Shown piece after piece: positions 10,168 to 19,259 of a DNA stretch of 64,000 bases. Within the stretch, counting starts at the first letter, position 1, and each line of letters starts with the position of its first letter. Below the pieces are notes generated by a model, which saw only the letters and a list, made by a program, of their open reading frames with translations, did no database searches and was not told the origin of the DNA. The stretch lies in contig PDON01000060.1 of assembly GCA_002742935.1 (NCBI GenBank), positions 70,178 through 134,177 of the forward strand, written 5' to 3'. This DNA comes from Candidatus Cloacimonadota bacterium. GTDB lineage: Bacteria; UBA4055. Made by a program: the position numbers and the translations under genes.

Positions 10168-10752
10168 ATGTTACGAGTAGCGTTAACCCTTGTTTTTGTT
10201 GTATTCTCTTTCAGTTTCGGGAAAAATCCTGTAGCTGTTTTTAATACAACAAAAGGTGTAATAAAGGTTGAATTATGGCCGGAAATAGCACCAAAAACTG
10301 TTGAAAATTTTATTGGCTTGGCTGAAGGAACAAAGGAGTTTAAAGATCCAAAGAGTGGAAAAATGGTAAAAAGACCATTTTATGACGGGCTTATCTTTCA
10401 CAGAGTTATTCCAAACTTTATGATTCAAAGTGGTTGCCCTCTTGGTACAGGAACTGGAGGTCCGGGATACCAGTTTAAAGATGAGTTTTTAAAAGATAAA
10501 AAAGGAAACCTTTTAGCCAAAAATGATTACGGCTGTATCTCTATGGCAAATGCAGGTCCTAATACAAATGGATCTCAATTCTTCATTATTACTAAAGAAG
10601 GAGGAACTCCTTGGCTTAATGGAAAACATTCCGTTTTTGGCAAAGTTATTGAGGGTATGGATGTTGCCTTAGAAATCCAAAATGTAAAGAGAAACAGAAG
10701 AGATAAACCTCTTGAGCCTGTAGTTATAAAGACTCTAAAAATTGTTAGGTAA
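10168..10752 (+). CDS. peptidyl-prolyl cis-trans isomerase, cyclophilin type, with signal peptide
   Basis: Cyclophilin motifs FHRVIPNFMIQSGCPLGTGTGGPGY and SMANAGPNTNGSQFFI. Confidence 0.9.
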   Translation: MLRVALTLVFVVFSFSFGKNPVAVFNTTKGVIKVELWPEIAPKTVENFIGLAEGTKEFKDPKSGKMVKRPFYDGLIFHRVIPNFMIQSGCPLGTGTGGPGYQFKDEFLKDKKGNLLAKNDYGCISMANAGPNTNGSQFFIITKEGGTPWLNGKHSVFGKVIEGMDVALEIQNVKRNRRDKPLEPVVIKTLKIVR

Positions 10753-10757
10753 AAAAT

Positions 10758-11624
10758 ATGAAAATCATCAATGTAATGGTAATGTTTTTACTCCTATTTA
10801 TATTTTCTTGTAGTAAAGAGAACAGCAAAAAGGAAACAAAAACAGAAACAAAGAGTAATGAGGAAAAAATGAGCAAAGAAAACCCTATAGCTGTAATGAA
10901 AACAAATCATGGTATAATCAAGATAGAGTTATGGCCGGAAATAGCACCAAAAACAGTAGAAAACTTTATTGGTTTAGCTGAAGGAACAAAAGAGTTTACA
11001 GATCCAAAAAGTGGAAAAAAAACAAAGAGACCATTTTATGATGGACTTATTTTCCATAGAGTTATTAATGACTTTATGATTCAAGGAGGTTGTCCTCTTG
11101 GTACAGGAACCGGAGGTCCGGGATATCAGTTTGAGGATGAAACTATTGTCAAAGGTAGTGAAAAGGTTTTAAAAGGAGAAATTAAAAGTGAGTCTGATGC
11201 CTTTAAAGTCTATCAACAAATGATTATGCCTTACCTTTCTAAGAATAGTGATAATGATGAAATAAATGATATTGTAGCTGAGTGCCAAGCCACAAACAGT
11301 GGTAAACCTATAATGAAACATACTGTTGAGTATTTCAAAGAGCAAACAGGAAGTAACTTTGATATTATTTCAGATGGTAAAGTAAGAGCTAAGAATGATC
11401 TTGGTTGTATATCTATGGCAAATTCAGGTCCTAATACAAACGGATCTCAATTCTTTATTATTACAAAAGAGGGCGGTACTCCTTGGCTTGATGGAAAACA
11501 CACTGTTTTTGGTAAAGTTATTGAAGGTTTAGATGTTGCACTAGAGATTCAAAAAGTTAAAACAGGTCCCAATGACAGACCTATTCAAGATGTCGTTATT
11601 GAATCTGTTACTATTGAAAAATAG
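10758..11624 (+). CDS. cyclophilin-type PPIase paralog, lipoprotein (lipobox IFSC), with an approx 90-aa insertion inside the PPIase domain
   Basis: Same conserved motifs as the upstream paralog, split by an inserted segment; tandem duplicate. Confidence 0.85.
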   Translation: MKIINVMVMFLLLFIFSCSKENSKKETKTETKSNEEKMSKENPIAVMKTNHGIIKIELWPEIAPKTVENFIGLAEGTKEFTDPKSGKKTKRPFYDGLIFHRVINDFMIQGGCPLGTGTGGPGYQFEDETIVKGSEKVLKGEIKSESDAFKVYQQMIMPYLSKNSDNDEINDIVAECQATNSGKPIMKHTVEYFKEQTGSNFDIISDGKVRAKNDLGCISMANSGPNTNGSQFFIITKEGGTPWLDGKHTVFGKVIEGLDVALEIQKVKTGPNDRPIQDVVIESVTIEK

Positions 11625-11650
11625 TATCAAGAATATTTTCATATAATTTA

Positions 11651-11680
11651 AGAGGGGGTAATATTACCCCTTCTTAATTA
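11651..11680 (+). terminator. rho-independent terminator after the cyclophilin pair
   Basis: About 10-bp stem AGAGGGGGTA / TACCCCTTCT with ATAT loop, T-rich tail. Confidence 0.5.
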
Positions 11681-12165
11681 TAAAAAATATGATCTAACTC
11701 TCTATATTATACAGATGTTTGTTATAAAAATAACGATTAAAATCTATTTTTAGAAAAATGCCTCAAAAAAATAAAATTGTTTAAGAAAACAACAAACAAT
11801 CACACTAATCTCATATTACACATAATAGATTTCATTTGAACACAAAAACCCTTAAAAACATATCCTTAAATGATCAATAAACTAAATAAAAATAATCAAA
11901 ATTAACTATTGACAGATTTTGAATAGATTGATAGGTTCTATGCCAGTATTACTGAGTATCTTTTTTATATCAAAAAAAGATAGTTTTTATGACAAAAAAC
12001 AGGGTAATATTGATGGGGCTGTTTTATAGTGTTAAAAATTGAGATTGAGACTTAGTTTTAATACTAATCATTTTTATACTAGGATTAAAATCTCAATATA
12101 AGGATTATATTTACAGCGTTTAGGTTCATTTTAAAATTTATTAGAAAAGAGAATGGAGTAAAAGT

Positions 12166-13497
12166 ATGAAACATTTTAAGTACTCGTTGTTCCTTGGTTT
12201 TACTATTTTTGCAATAATGTTTGGTGCCGGAAATATTATCCTTCCTCCCATTGTAGGATATATTGCAGGAGATAAATACTTTGTTGGCATTATTGCTTTT
12301 ATTACCACAAGTGCAGGATTTGCGGCTTTGGGTGTTTGGTCTATGGCTCTTCAAAAAAATAACTTTTTGGATATTACCAAAAAGATCCACCCAAAAACTC
12401 ACCTTTACCTATTAAGTATGGTAGTTTTAATTTTAGGACCTCTCTTTGCTGCTCCTAGAACTTCAATAATAACAGGAGAGTTGTTTGTTTATGAGATTTT
12501 TGGAAGTAGTATTCTAGTTACTATTATTAGTTCCTTTATATTTTTCTTGATAACAGCTTTGGTACTACTTAGTAAGACAAATCTTGTTGATGTTATAGGA
12601 AAGTATTTAACACCGGCTTTAATTATTCTTTTACTTGTAATTATTGGTGGCTCTCTCATTGTAGATACAACATTTGTAGAATCTAGTATAACATCTACCG
12701 ATTCTTTTGTAAATGGACTAAAAACCGGATACTTTACTGTTGATGCTCTAGGATATGTTATTATTGCAACTATAAGCATTAAAACAATTTTAAGAGAAAC
12801 AACAATGAAGCATAATGACAAATTTAGAGTTTTAAATAGGAGTGTATTTATTGCACTATTCCTAATCTCTTTAGTATATCTTGGATTAGGCTACATGGGG
12901 GCTACTACTACATATGTGGCAAATGGCGTTGAACCTAGTGGTACAGATATATTAAGACATAATATATTCGCTATCTTTGGTAAATTTGGAAATATAATCT
13001 TTGGATTAAGTGTTGCACTGGCTTGTTTAACAACATCTATAGGATTGATAGTTAACGCTTCTAATTTCTTTGCAGTAAATACAAATACAGATCAAGATAA
13101 GTGGGTAATAGCATTCTCTATTATCTCATTTGTAATATCTCTATTCCCTCTTGGAAATATAACATCGTTTATAGGACCTGTACTTCTAATGTTAGTACCT
13201 CCTTCTATGTGTGTTGCTTTCTTGGGATACGTTAACAGAAAAATAAGAAGAAGAAGAACTTTGGTTGTTCCATTTGCTGTTAGTGTTATTATGGGTTTTT
13301 TAACTATGCTTGCAGAGTTTATACCTCAAGTAAAAAGTGTGGTTTCTACACTGCCTTGGGGTGAGTATGGTTTCTCATGGATTCCTGTAACTATAGCTGC
13401 TATTATCCTGATGATGGCTTATGAGATTTATACTGAAAATACATCTGTATATGAAGAGTACACAGAGGAGTATAAATCGTTAAAAGCAACAGATTAA
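12166..13497 (+). CDS. brnQ: branched-chain amino acid transport system II carrier (LIVCS family)
   Basis: N-terminal FGAGNIILPP motif characteristic of BrnQ, about 12 TM segments, 443 aa. Confidence 0.85.
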   Translation: MKHFKYSLFLGFTIFAIMFGAGNIILPPIVGYIAGDKYFVGIIAFITTSAGFAALGVWSMALQKNNFLDITKKIHPKTHLYLLSMVVLILGPLFAAPRTSIITGELFVYEIFGSSILVTIISSFIFFLITALVLLSKTNLVDVIGKYLTPALIILLLVIIGGSLIVDTTFVESSITSTDSFVNGLKTGYFTVDALGYVIIATISIKTILRETTMKHNDKFRVLNRSVFIALFLISLVYLGLGYMGATTTYVANGVEPSGTDILRHNIFAIFGKFGNIIFGLSVALACLTTSIGLIVNASNFFAVNTNTDQDKWVIAFSIISFVISLFPLGNITSFIGPVLLMLVPPSMCVAFLGYVNRKIRRRRTLVVPFAVSVIMGFLTMLAEFIPQVKSVVSTLPWGEYGFSWIPVTIAAIILMMAYEIYTENTSVYEEYTEEYKSLKATD

Positions 13498-13512
13498 CAA
13501 TTCTAAATATGT

Positions 13513-13542
13513 AAAAAAAGCCCCTAAATTGGGGCTTTTTTA
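13513..13542. terminator. bidirectional rho-independent terminator between brnQ (+) and the VOC gene (-)
   Basis: AAAAAAAGCCCC-TAAATT-GGGGCTTTTTT: A-run, 6-bp GC stem, T-run. Confidence 0.6.
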
Positions 13543-13546
13543 TTAT

Positions 13547-13900
13547 CTACTTTGAAATTCTCTCAAATAGACCATAAATATTACCATCAAAATCTTGGAT
13601 AAGGGAATGCCATCCTATGTTAGGGATCTCTGATTTAGGAAGTTTAATAATAAGCTTCTCCTCTTCAACTTTTTTAAGTACCTCATCAATAGAATCAACA
13701 GTAATATTAACTATTGGAGAGTACCCTGTTTGGATAGAATCAAGCTCAATCAGACCTATTCCTGCACCTTTTTCCGGTTGATAAGTTAGATATTTATCAC
13801 TCCACTTCTCAAACTTCCAACCAAAAATATTCTCTAGGTATGCACTTGTTTTTTTAACATCGGTTGTTTTCCACTCAACCCACTCAATTATATTTGGCAT
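13547..13900 (-). CDS. VOC (glyoxalase/bleomycin-resistance) family protein
   Basis: 117 aa, beta-alpha-beta-beta-beta-like pattern with conserved Glu/His positions; weak family-level call. Confidence 0.5.
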   Translation of the reverse strand: MPNIIEWVEWKTTDVKKTSAYLENIFGWKFEKWSDKYLTYQPEKGAGIGLIELDSIQTGYSPIVNITVDSIDEVLKKVEEEKLIIKLPKSEIPNIGWHSLIQDFDGNIYGLFERISK

Positions 13901-14041
13901 AAAACCTCCAAAATTTATATTTAAATATCTCTATAAATAATGAACCCTAACATTGATACTAAACTTATGATTGATAAAATAGAAGATAAAAAAATCAATA
14001 ATCAAAACAGAATAGTATTACACCTCTTTGGCGTATAACAA

Positions 14042-15040
14042 TTAATACTCATATTCCTCAATTAATGCAATTATTTTCTTCATATCTTCCGGAATATCAC
14101 ACTCAAATGATATATCTTTACCTGTAATAGGATGAACAAGGTCAAGTTTTCTGGCATGGAGTGCTTGCCTGTTTATTATGGAAAGCATTTCTCCCAACCT
14201 TTTCTCCTGATTCTTTGGTAGATTTAAAACTCTTAAATTTTCACCTCCATAGTAAGGATCTCCAAAAAGAGGATGTCCTATATGCTTCATATGTGTTCTA
14301 ATTTGATGAGTTCTACCTGTCTCTAAAAGAAATTTAACAATAGAAAACTTGTTGTACTCCTTAATAACCTCATAGTTGGTAATAGCTCTCTTACCCTCAA
14401 ACTCCGAAGGAATCATAACTCTTCTATCCCTCTGCCATCTTGTTAAAAGAGTATCTACCCTACCCCTCTTCTCCTTAAATTTACCCATACAGATCCCCAA
14501 ATACTCTCTTCGAGCTGTCTTCTTTGCAAATTGATCTGCCAACGGTTGATGAACAAGATCAGATTTAGCAACAACCATTAATCCTGTTGTATCTTTATCC
14601 AATCTATGAACAATACCGGGTCTAAGTTCTCCATTTACACTAGAAAGCTGATCTTTAAAATGGTACATAAGAGCATTTACTAAAGTTCCGTTTTTTACAC
14701 TTAAAGTTGGGTGAACTACCAACCCTGCTTGTTTATTAATTATAGCTAAATAGTTATCCTGAAACATAAAATCAATGGGTATATTTTCAGCCTCAATATT
14801 TATTTTTTCAGCTCTGGGAATCTTTATCTTAATCCTGTCACCGGGATTTATTTTATAGTTTGATTTAATATTTTTATCATTAACGGTAACCATATTCAAA
14901 TCAATGAGAGTTTGAATCTTATTTCTACTTATCCTCTTAACCTGACTAAATATATGTTTATCTATTCTAACCTTCTCTTTATTGGGTTCAACAACTAAAT
15001 CTACCTCCTCTATGAGGGGAAATTTAAGTGGATCATACAT
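14042..15040 (-). CDS. rluD: RluA-family 23S rRNA pseudouridine synthase (RluD-like) with N-terminal S4 domain
   Basis: HRLDKDTTGLMVVAKS catalytic Asp motif; 332 aa. Confidence 0.85.
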   Translation of the reverse strand: MYDPLKFPLIEEVDLVVEPNKEKVRIDKHIFSQVKRISRNKIQTLIDLNMVTVNDKNIKSNYKINPGDRIKIKIPRAEKINIEAENIPIDFMFQDNYLAIINKQAGLVVHPTLSVKNGTLVNALMYHFKDQLSSVNGELRPGIVHRLDKDTTGLMVVAKSDLVHQPLADQFAKKTARREYLGICMGKFKEKRGRVDTLLTRWQRDRRVMIPSEFEGKRAITNYEVIKEYNKFSIVKFLLETGRTHQIRTHMKHIGHPLFGDPYYGGENLRVLNLPKNQEKRLGEMLSIINRQALHARKLDLVHPITGKDISFECDIPEDMKKIIALIEEYEY

Positions 15041-15134
15041 AGGATCTCCTAAAACATTTAAGCATAAAATTATATTAAACCATTTATAAAATAGTAATTT
15101 TTACAGGATAAATAAAACTGCTCTATATTCAAAT

Positions 15135-16832
15135 CTACTTTATCAAAACCATCCTATTAACAGCTATGGTTTCACCTTTTGATCTTACTACGGAAAAATA
15201 GGTACCCGTTGCCAAAGATTTACCGTCAAAATTAAAACTATGAGTGCCCCTATTTAACTCTCCCTTATAAAGAGAAGTAACCTTTTGACCAAAATTATTA
15301 TAGATATCCAACGAAATATTTAAATCTTTTTCAAGATCAAGATTTATAGTGGTACTCGGATTAAAAGGGTTTGGATAGTTTGAGATTAAGTTTACACTGC
15401 TTAAAAGATTCTCATCTATTGATGATAGCATTGGAGCAATAAATACTCTTACATAAAATGTTCCCACCCAGCTACTTTCAATCTCATTTAAGTGTTTCCA
15501 CTCAAGTGTTTCATCATAATTGGGATTTGGATTATTTGGAAGATAATTTTCTAGAATAAGATTACCATAAAGATGATCGTTAGGATCATTTGCATTAACA
15601 TCTCTGGCAACATAGTTTGCTGAAGAGCTTATTACTACAGCATAGGAACTGTCTGGAGGGATCAAAAAATCTGATTCAATATCAACTAAAGCAGTATCAC
15701 CCATAGAAAAGCTATCAAAACTTCCTTGAAGATCACCATAAACTCCCGGATAGTAGATACTATCATTTTTAAGCTTTGTAACTCTCCACTCTAAGCTTGA
15801 TTCTCCATACTTTGCCAGTGTCTCTATCTTCTCAACCTTTACATACAAACTATCATTATGGAGTATAATTCCATATTTCCAATCGTGATATCCACAGCCA
15901 ACGGCATTATCAACACTATAGTTACTTCCATATTGTTGCCAACTCGGCTGTGTATTGATCCATTTGGTAGATCTATATATACCTCTAGATTCTATATTTT
16001 CGTAAACATTGTAGTAAGAAGTTATTTTAAACTTATACTCCGATGATATTATAGGTGTTTGATTAAGTATATAAACGGTACTATCAGGTTTGTTGATTGT
16101 AGCTTTTATTTTATACTCATCTGTTTGTTCATCATACAGGTAAATTTTATAACCCTTTAAGTTTGATCTATAGTTATAAACTGTTTTAAAAGCTGTTATA
16201 TCTCCTCTTCTCGTAACTAAATATTTTTTTCCACTATTTTGAGGAGGTTCCCACTCTAGCCTGATCCTATTGATCCCAAAATCATTAATAACATTAAATG
16301 ATGAAACTCCTAAAAAACCAAGAGAATCAAAAACATTGTATTTAACACCATCAAAATTTTCTAAATACTCTTTATAGATTAACTTTTTTTCAGAACTTAT
16401 AATAATAAAAAGAGGATAGTTCTGATCTTCCGAAAAGCTTGAAAATATACTTCCCAAATTTGGATCTATAGAGAGAAGAAAATCCAATCTATCATCTGTT
16501 TTATCTCTCCAACCTTCTCCATTTAGATCTTCGGGCGTATTAATATTTTTAACATAGGATACCATTCTTATATTTTTAGGAGATTTGTTAAAAACCGGAT
16601 ATATGGAATCATTAAAACTAAGAGAAATATTATAGGAAAGATCCTCCTCAGAGTTACAAAAAAGTATCATAAGGTTTTCGCCGCTAGCCGTTATCTCATC
16701 ATAGTTTATAGATTCAATATCACCCGATACTTTATAAGCATCAAATTGAAGATCTATATCTACACTATCCCCTAGTTCATAGACTCCAAAGAGTGAATTT
16801 ATAGCAATAAGCAGTATAAGTATATTTCTCAT
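15135..16832 (-). CDS. secreted protein with C-terminal T9SS type-A sorting domain
   Basis: Signal peptide; C-terminal about 80 aa (NYPNPFNP...YFSVVRSKGETIAVNRMVLIK) matches the Por-secretion CTD pattern. Confidence 0.55.
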   Translation of the reverse strand: MRNILILLIAINSLFGVYELGDSVDIDLQFDAYKVSGDIESINYDEITASGENLMILFCNSEEDLSYNISLSFNDSIYPVFNKSPKNIRMVSYVKNINTPEDLNGEGWRDKTDDRLDFLLSIDPNLGSIFSSFSEDQNYPLFIIISSEKKLIYKEYLENFDGVKYNVFDSLGFLGVSSFNVINDFGINRIRLEWEPPQNSGKKYLVTRRGDITAFKTVYNYRSNLKGYKIYLYDEQTDEYKIKATINKPDSTVYILNQTPIISSEYKFKITSYYNVYENIESRGIYRSTKWINTQPSWQQYGSNYSVDNAVGCGYHDWKYGIILHNDSLYVKVEKIETLAKYGESSLEWRVTKLKNDSIYYPGVYGDLQGSFDSFSMGDTALVDIESDFLIPPDSSYAVVISSSANYVARDVNANDPNDHLYGNLILENYLPNNPNPNYDETLEWKHLNEIESSWVGTFYVRVFIAPMLSSIDENLLSSVNLISNYPNPFNPSTTINLDLEKDLNISLDIYNNFGQKVTSLYKGELNRGTHSFNFDGKSLATGTYFSVVRSKGETIAVNRMVLIK

Positions 16833-17200
16833 TATCTTTCCCTTTTCTATTAAGTGAAAACAATATAAATAATTAAAAAGAGGGAATCTATCATTAATTT
16901 AAAAAAGTTTGGATAAAATTTATAGAGCAAAAAATACCCCCTTTTAAATTAAATTAGAAATAGCATATCCAAAATATTTTTGAGAAAAACCTGATTAAAA
17001 AGATATAGATATAACTTTATTATTGGCATAAGGCAATAAATTTTATATTTTATATTTATGTTTTACATAGTACTTATTTTAAAGGAGTATTTATGGGAAG
17101 TAAACCTGCAGGTTGTAGTAGACCTGATAGCGGACCTTTGAAAATAGAGTCTGCTGTAAAAAATAATCAATCATTACCAAACCCAGAAAAGGAGATTAAA

Positions 17201-17809
17201 ATGATTAGAGTAGGAAAAGAAGCTCCTGACTTTAAAGCTCCAGCTTTCCATAACGGAGAGTTTACGGAAGTTAAGTTGTCAGATTATAAAGGAAAATGGG
17301 TAGTACTTTGTTTCTATCCGGGAGATTTCACATTTGTTTGAGCTACAGAAGTGTCTGCAGTTGCAGCTCGTTACAAAGATTTCCAAGACCTTGGAGTTGA
17401 AGTTCTTTCAATAAGTGTTGACAGTATGTTTGTTCACAAAGTATGGAACGATAAAGAACTATCAAAAATGGTAGGTAGCGGAATTCCATTCCCTATGCTT
17501 TCTGACGGTGGTGGTAAAATTGGTGAAATTTATGGTGTTTATGATGAAGGTATAGGAGTAAACACTAGAGGAAGATTCCTTATTGACCCTGATGGTATTG
17601 TTCAAGGATTTGAGGTATTAACTCCTCCAGTTGGAAGAAATGTAGAGGAAACTCTTAGACAACTTAAAGCTTTCCAACATGTTAGAAAAGCAGGTGGAGC
17701 AGAAGCAACTCCTTCAGGATGGAAACCTGGCAAGAAAACATTAAAACCTGGTGTAAACCTAGTTGGTAAAGTTTGGGAAGAGTGGAAAACTGAAGAAGCT
17801 TTTGACTAA
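17201..17809 (+). CDS. selenocysteine-containing peroxiredoxin (AhpC/Prx family); in-frame TGA at 17339-17341 encodes Sec at the peroxidatic-Cys position ([13 protein letters not shown])
   Basis: Two adjacent same-frame ORFs (ends 17341, resumes 17342) together form a full-length Prx; TGA aligns with the conserved FTFVCPTE cysteine; GGAG RBS before ATG 17201 (alternative upstream ATG 17093 also has an RBS). Confidence 0.8.
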
Positions 17810-17822
17810 AATATCCAAAAAT

Positions 17823-17861
17823 CTAAAAAAAAAGGTCTCTAAAATTAGAGACCTTTTTTTA
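17823..17861. terminator. bidirectional rho-independent terminator between the Prx gene (+) and lpdA (-)
   Basis: A9 run, 8-bp stem AGGTCTCT / AGAGACCT, then T7. Confidence 0.7.
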
Positions 17862-17888
17862 TAATATATACTTATATAAAGTTGCATC

Positions 17889-19241
17889 CTATTTATGGAT
17901 AGGAGAATCAATAGCATCAAACCCCGCTTCCATAAACACCTCGGATATTGTAGGATGAGCATGAACAGTATTTGCAATATCATAAACAGTTGATTCAAGC
18001 TGCATATAAGCTGAGGCTTCCGATATCATATCTGTGGCATTGTGAGAGATTATTTGAACACCAAGTACCTCGCCATATTTCTTATCGGAGATAATTCTTA
18101 TAGCACCATCACTGGTTCCCTCTGTAAGAGCTTTTCCGTTTGCAGCTAAAGAGAACTCATTAATCTTATAATCAAGATTAAGATCTTTAACCTGCTGTTC
18201 AGTTTTACCAATTTGAGCCATTTCAGGAGTTGTATACATATTCATAGGATACTTTTCCATATTTAGCTCTTCATTAACACCATTTATACGATTAACAACA
18301 AAAAGTCCTTGAGCAGAAGCTATGTGAGCATAATAACTCTTACCATTCATATCTCCAATTGCATATATAGAATCATAAGGAGTTTTACAGTTCTCATCTG
18401 TTGAGATAAAATCATCCTCTACCTTAAGATTTATAGAAGATTTAGGAATAATAGCTTCTCTCCTCTGGGTGTTTAAAACCATATCACAACTTACAGTCTT
18501 ATCACCTATAACTAAAGAGTTATCTTCATACCTAATTGTAGAAAGATCTTTGTGATAGATAAGCTCAATTTTATCTTTCTTTAATACTTTTAACATAAAT
18601 GATGAAAGAAATTCATCAGCTCTTGGCATTATCTTATCTGCAGGAGCTACTAAAGTTACAGTTTTACCTATATGTCTAAAGAGTTGAGCCATCTCAATAG
18701 CAAGAGGAGTCTCTCCAAATACAACTATATTTTCAGGAATATCATCTTTTCCAAAAAGATCCTTAATCTCTACAACAACATCTTTAGGGATATTTTCAGG
18801 AACGGGCTTAGGAGAAGCTCCTGTTGCCAAAATTATATTCTTAGATTCAATTGTTCTATTGTTTACACTAACCTTATGCTCATCTAAAATTTCAGCTTCA
18901 CCTGTTATTATCTCAACATTATTTTTTTTCAGAAGAAACCCAATTCCGGTAGTAAGCTTTTTAACAATACCTGAAGCTCTCTTAGCTGCTTTTGCCCAAT
19001 CAAATCCTACACTCTTTTTATCAATACCCGTAATACCAAACTTCTTAGAATCATCTTTTATTCTTTTAAAAAGTTTTGCACTCTCAAGCATTGATTTTGA
19101 GGGTATACACCCCCAATTTAAGCACATACCACCAACATTCTCTTTTTCAATAATTGCAGTTTTTAAACCTAATTGTCCGGCTCTAATAGCGGATACATAT
19201 CCGGCAGGTCCTGCACCAATAATTACTATATCATAATCCAT
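17889..19241 (-). CDS. lpdA: dihydrolipoyl dehydrogenase (E3 component)
   Basis: GAGPAGY FAD motif, redox-active GGMCLNWGCIPSK disulfide motif, HAHPT C-terminal motif. Confidence 0.9.
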   Translation of the reverse strand: MDYDIVIIGAGPAGYVSAIRAGQLGLKTAIIEKENVGGMCLNWGCIPSKSMLESAKLFKRIKDDSKKFGITGIDKKSVGFDWAKAAKRASGIVKKLTTGIGFLLKKNNVEIITGEAEILDEHKVSVNNRTIESKNIILATGASPKPVPENIPKDVVVEIKDLFGKDDIPENIVVFGETPLAIEMAQLFRHIGKTVTLVAPADKIMPRADEFLSSFMLKVLKKDKIELIYHKDLSTIRYEDNSLVIGDKTVSCDMVLNTQRREAIIPKSSINLKVEDDFISTDENCKTPYDSIYAIGDMNGKSYYAHIASAQGLFVVNRINGVNEELNMEKYPMNMYTTPEMAQIGKTEQQVKDLNLDYKINEFSLAANGKALTEGTSDGAIRIISDKKYGEVLGVQIISHNATDMISEASAYMQLESTVYDIANTVHAHPTISEVFMEAGFDAIDSPIHK

Positions 19242-19259
19242 TATATTACCTCGAGTTTA

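Noticed and set aside
12085-12402. 105-aa minus-strand ORF overlapping the brnQ start
   Set aside because: Overlaps the conserved BrnQ N-terminus (FGAGNIILPP); spurious
17093-17200. 36-aa N-terminal extension of the peroxiredoxin from the upstream ATG
   Set aside because: The canonical Prx N-terminus begins at the Met at 17201, which has its own good RBS; the extension is compositionally odd (GC-rich, Pro/Gly/Ser) and is more likely a 5-prime leader, though not excluded
17339-17341. In-frame TGA in the peroxiredoxin as a pseudogene lesion, sequencing error, or genetic-code reassignment (UGA=Gly/Trp)
   Set aside because: The codon falls exactly on the catalytic Cys position of an otherwise intact, well-conserved protein; other genes clearly terminate at TGA and the RF2 gene has the classic CTT-TGA frameshift site, so UGA is a stop here; Sec insertion is the most economical explanation
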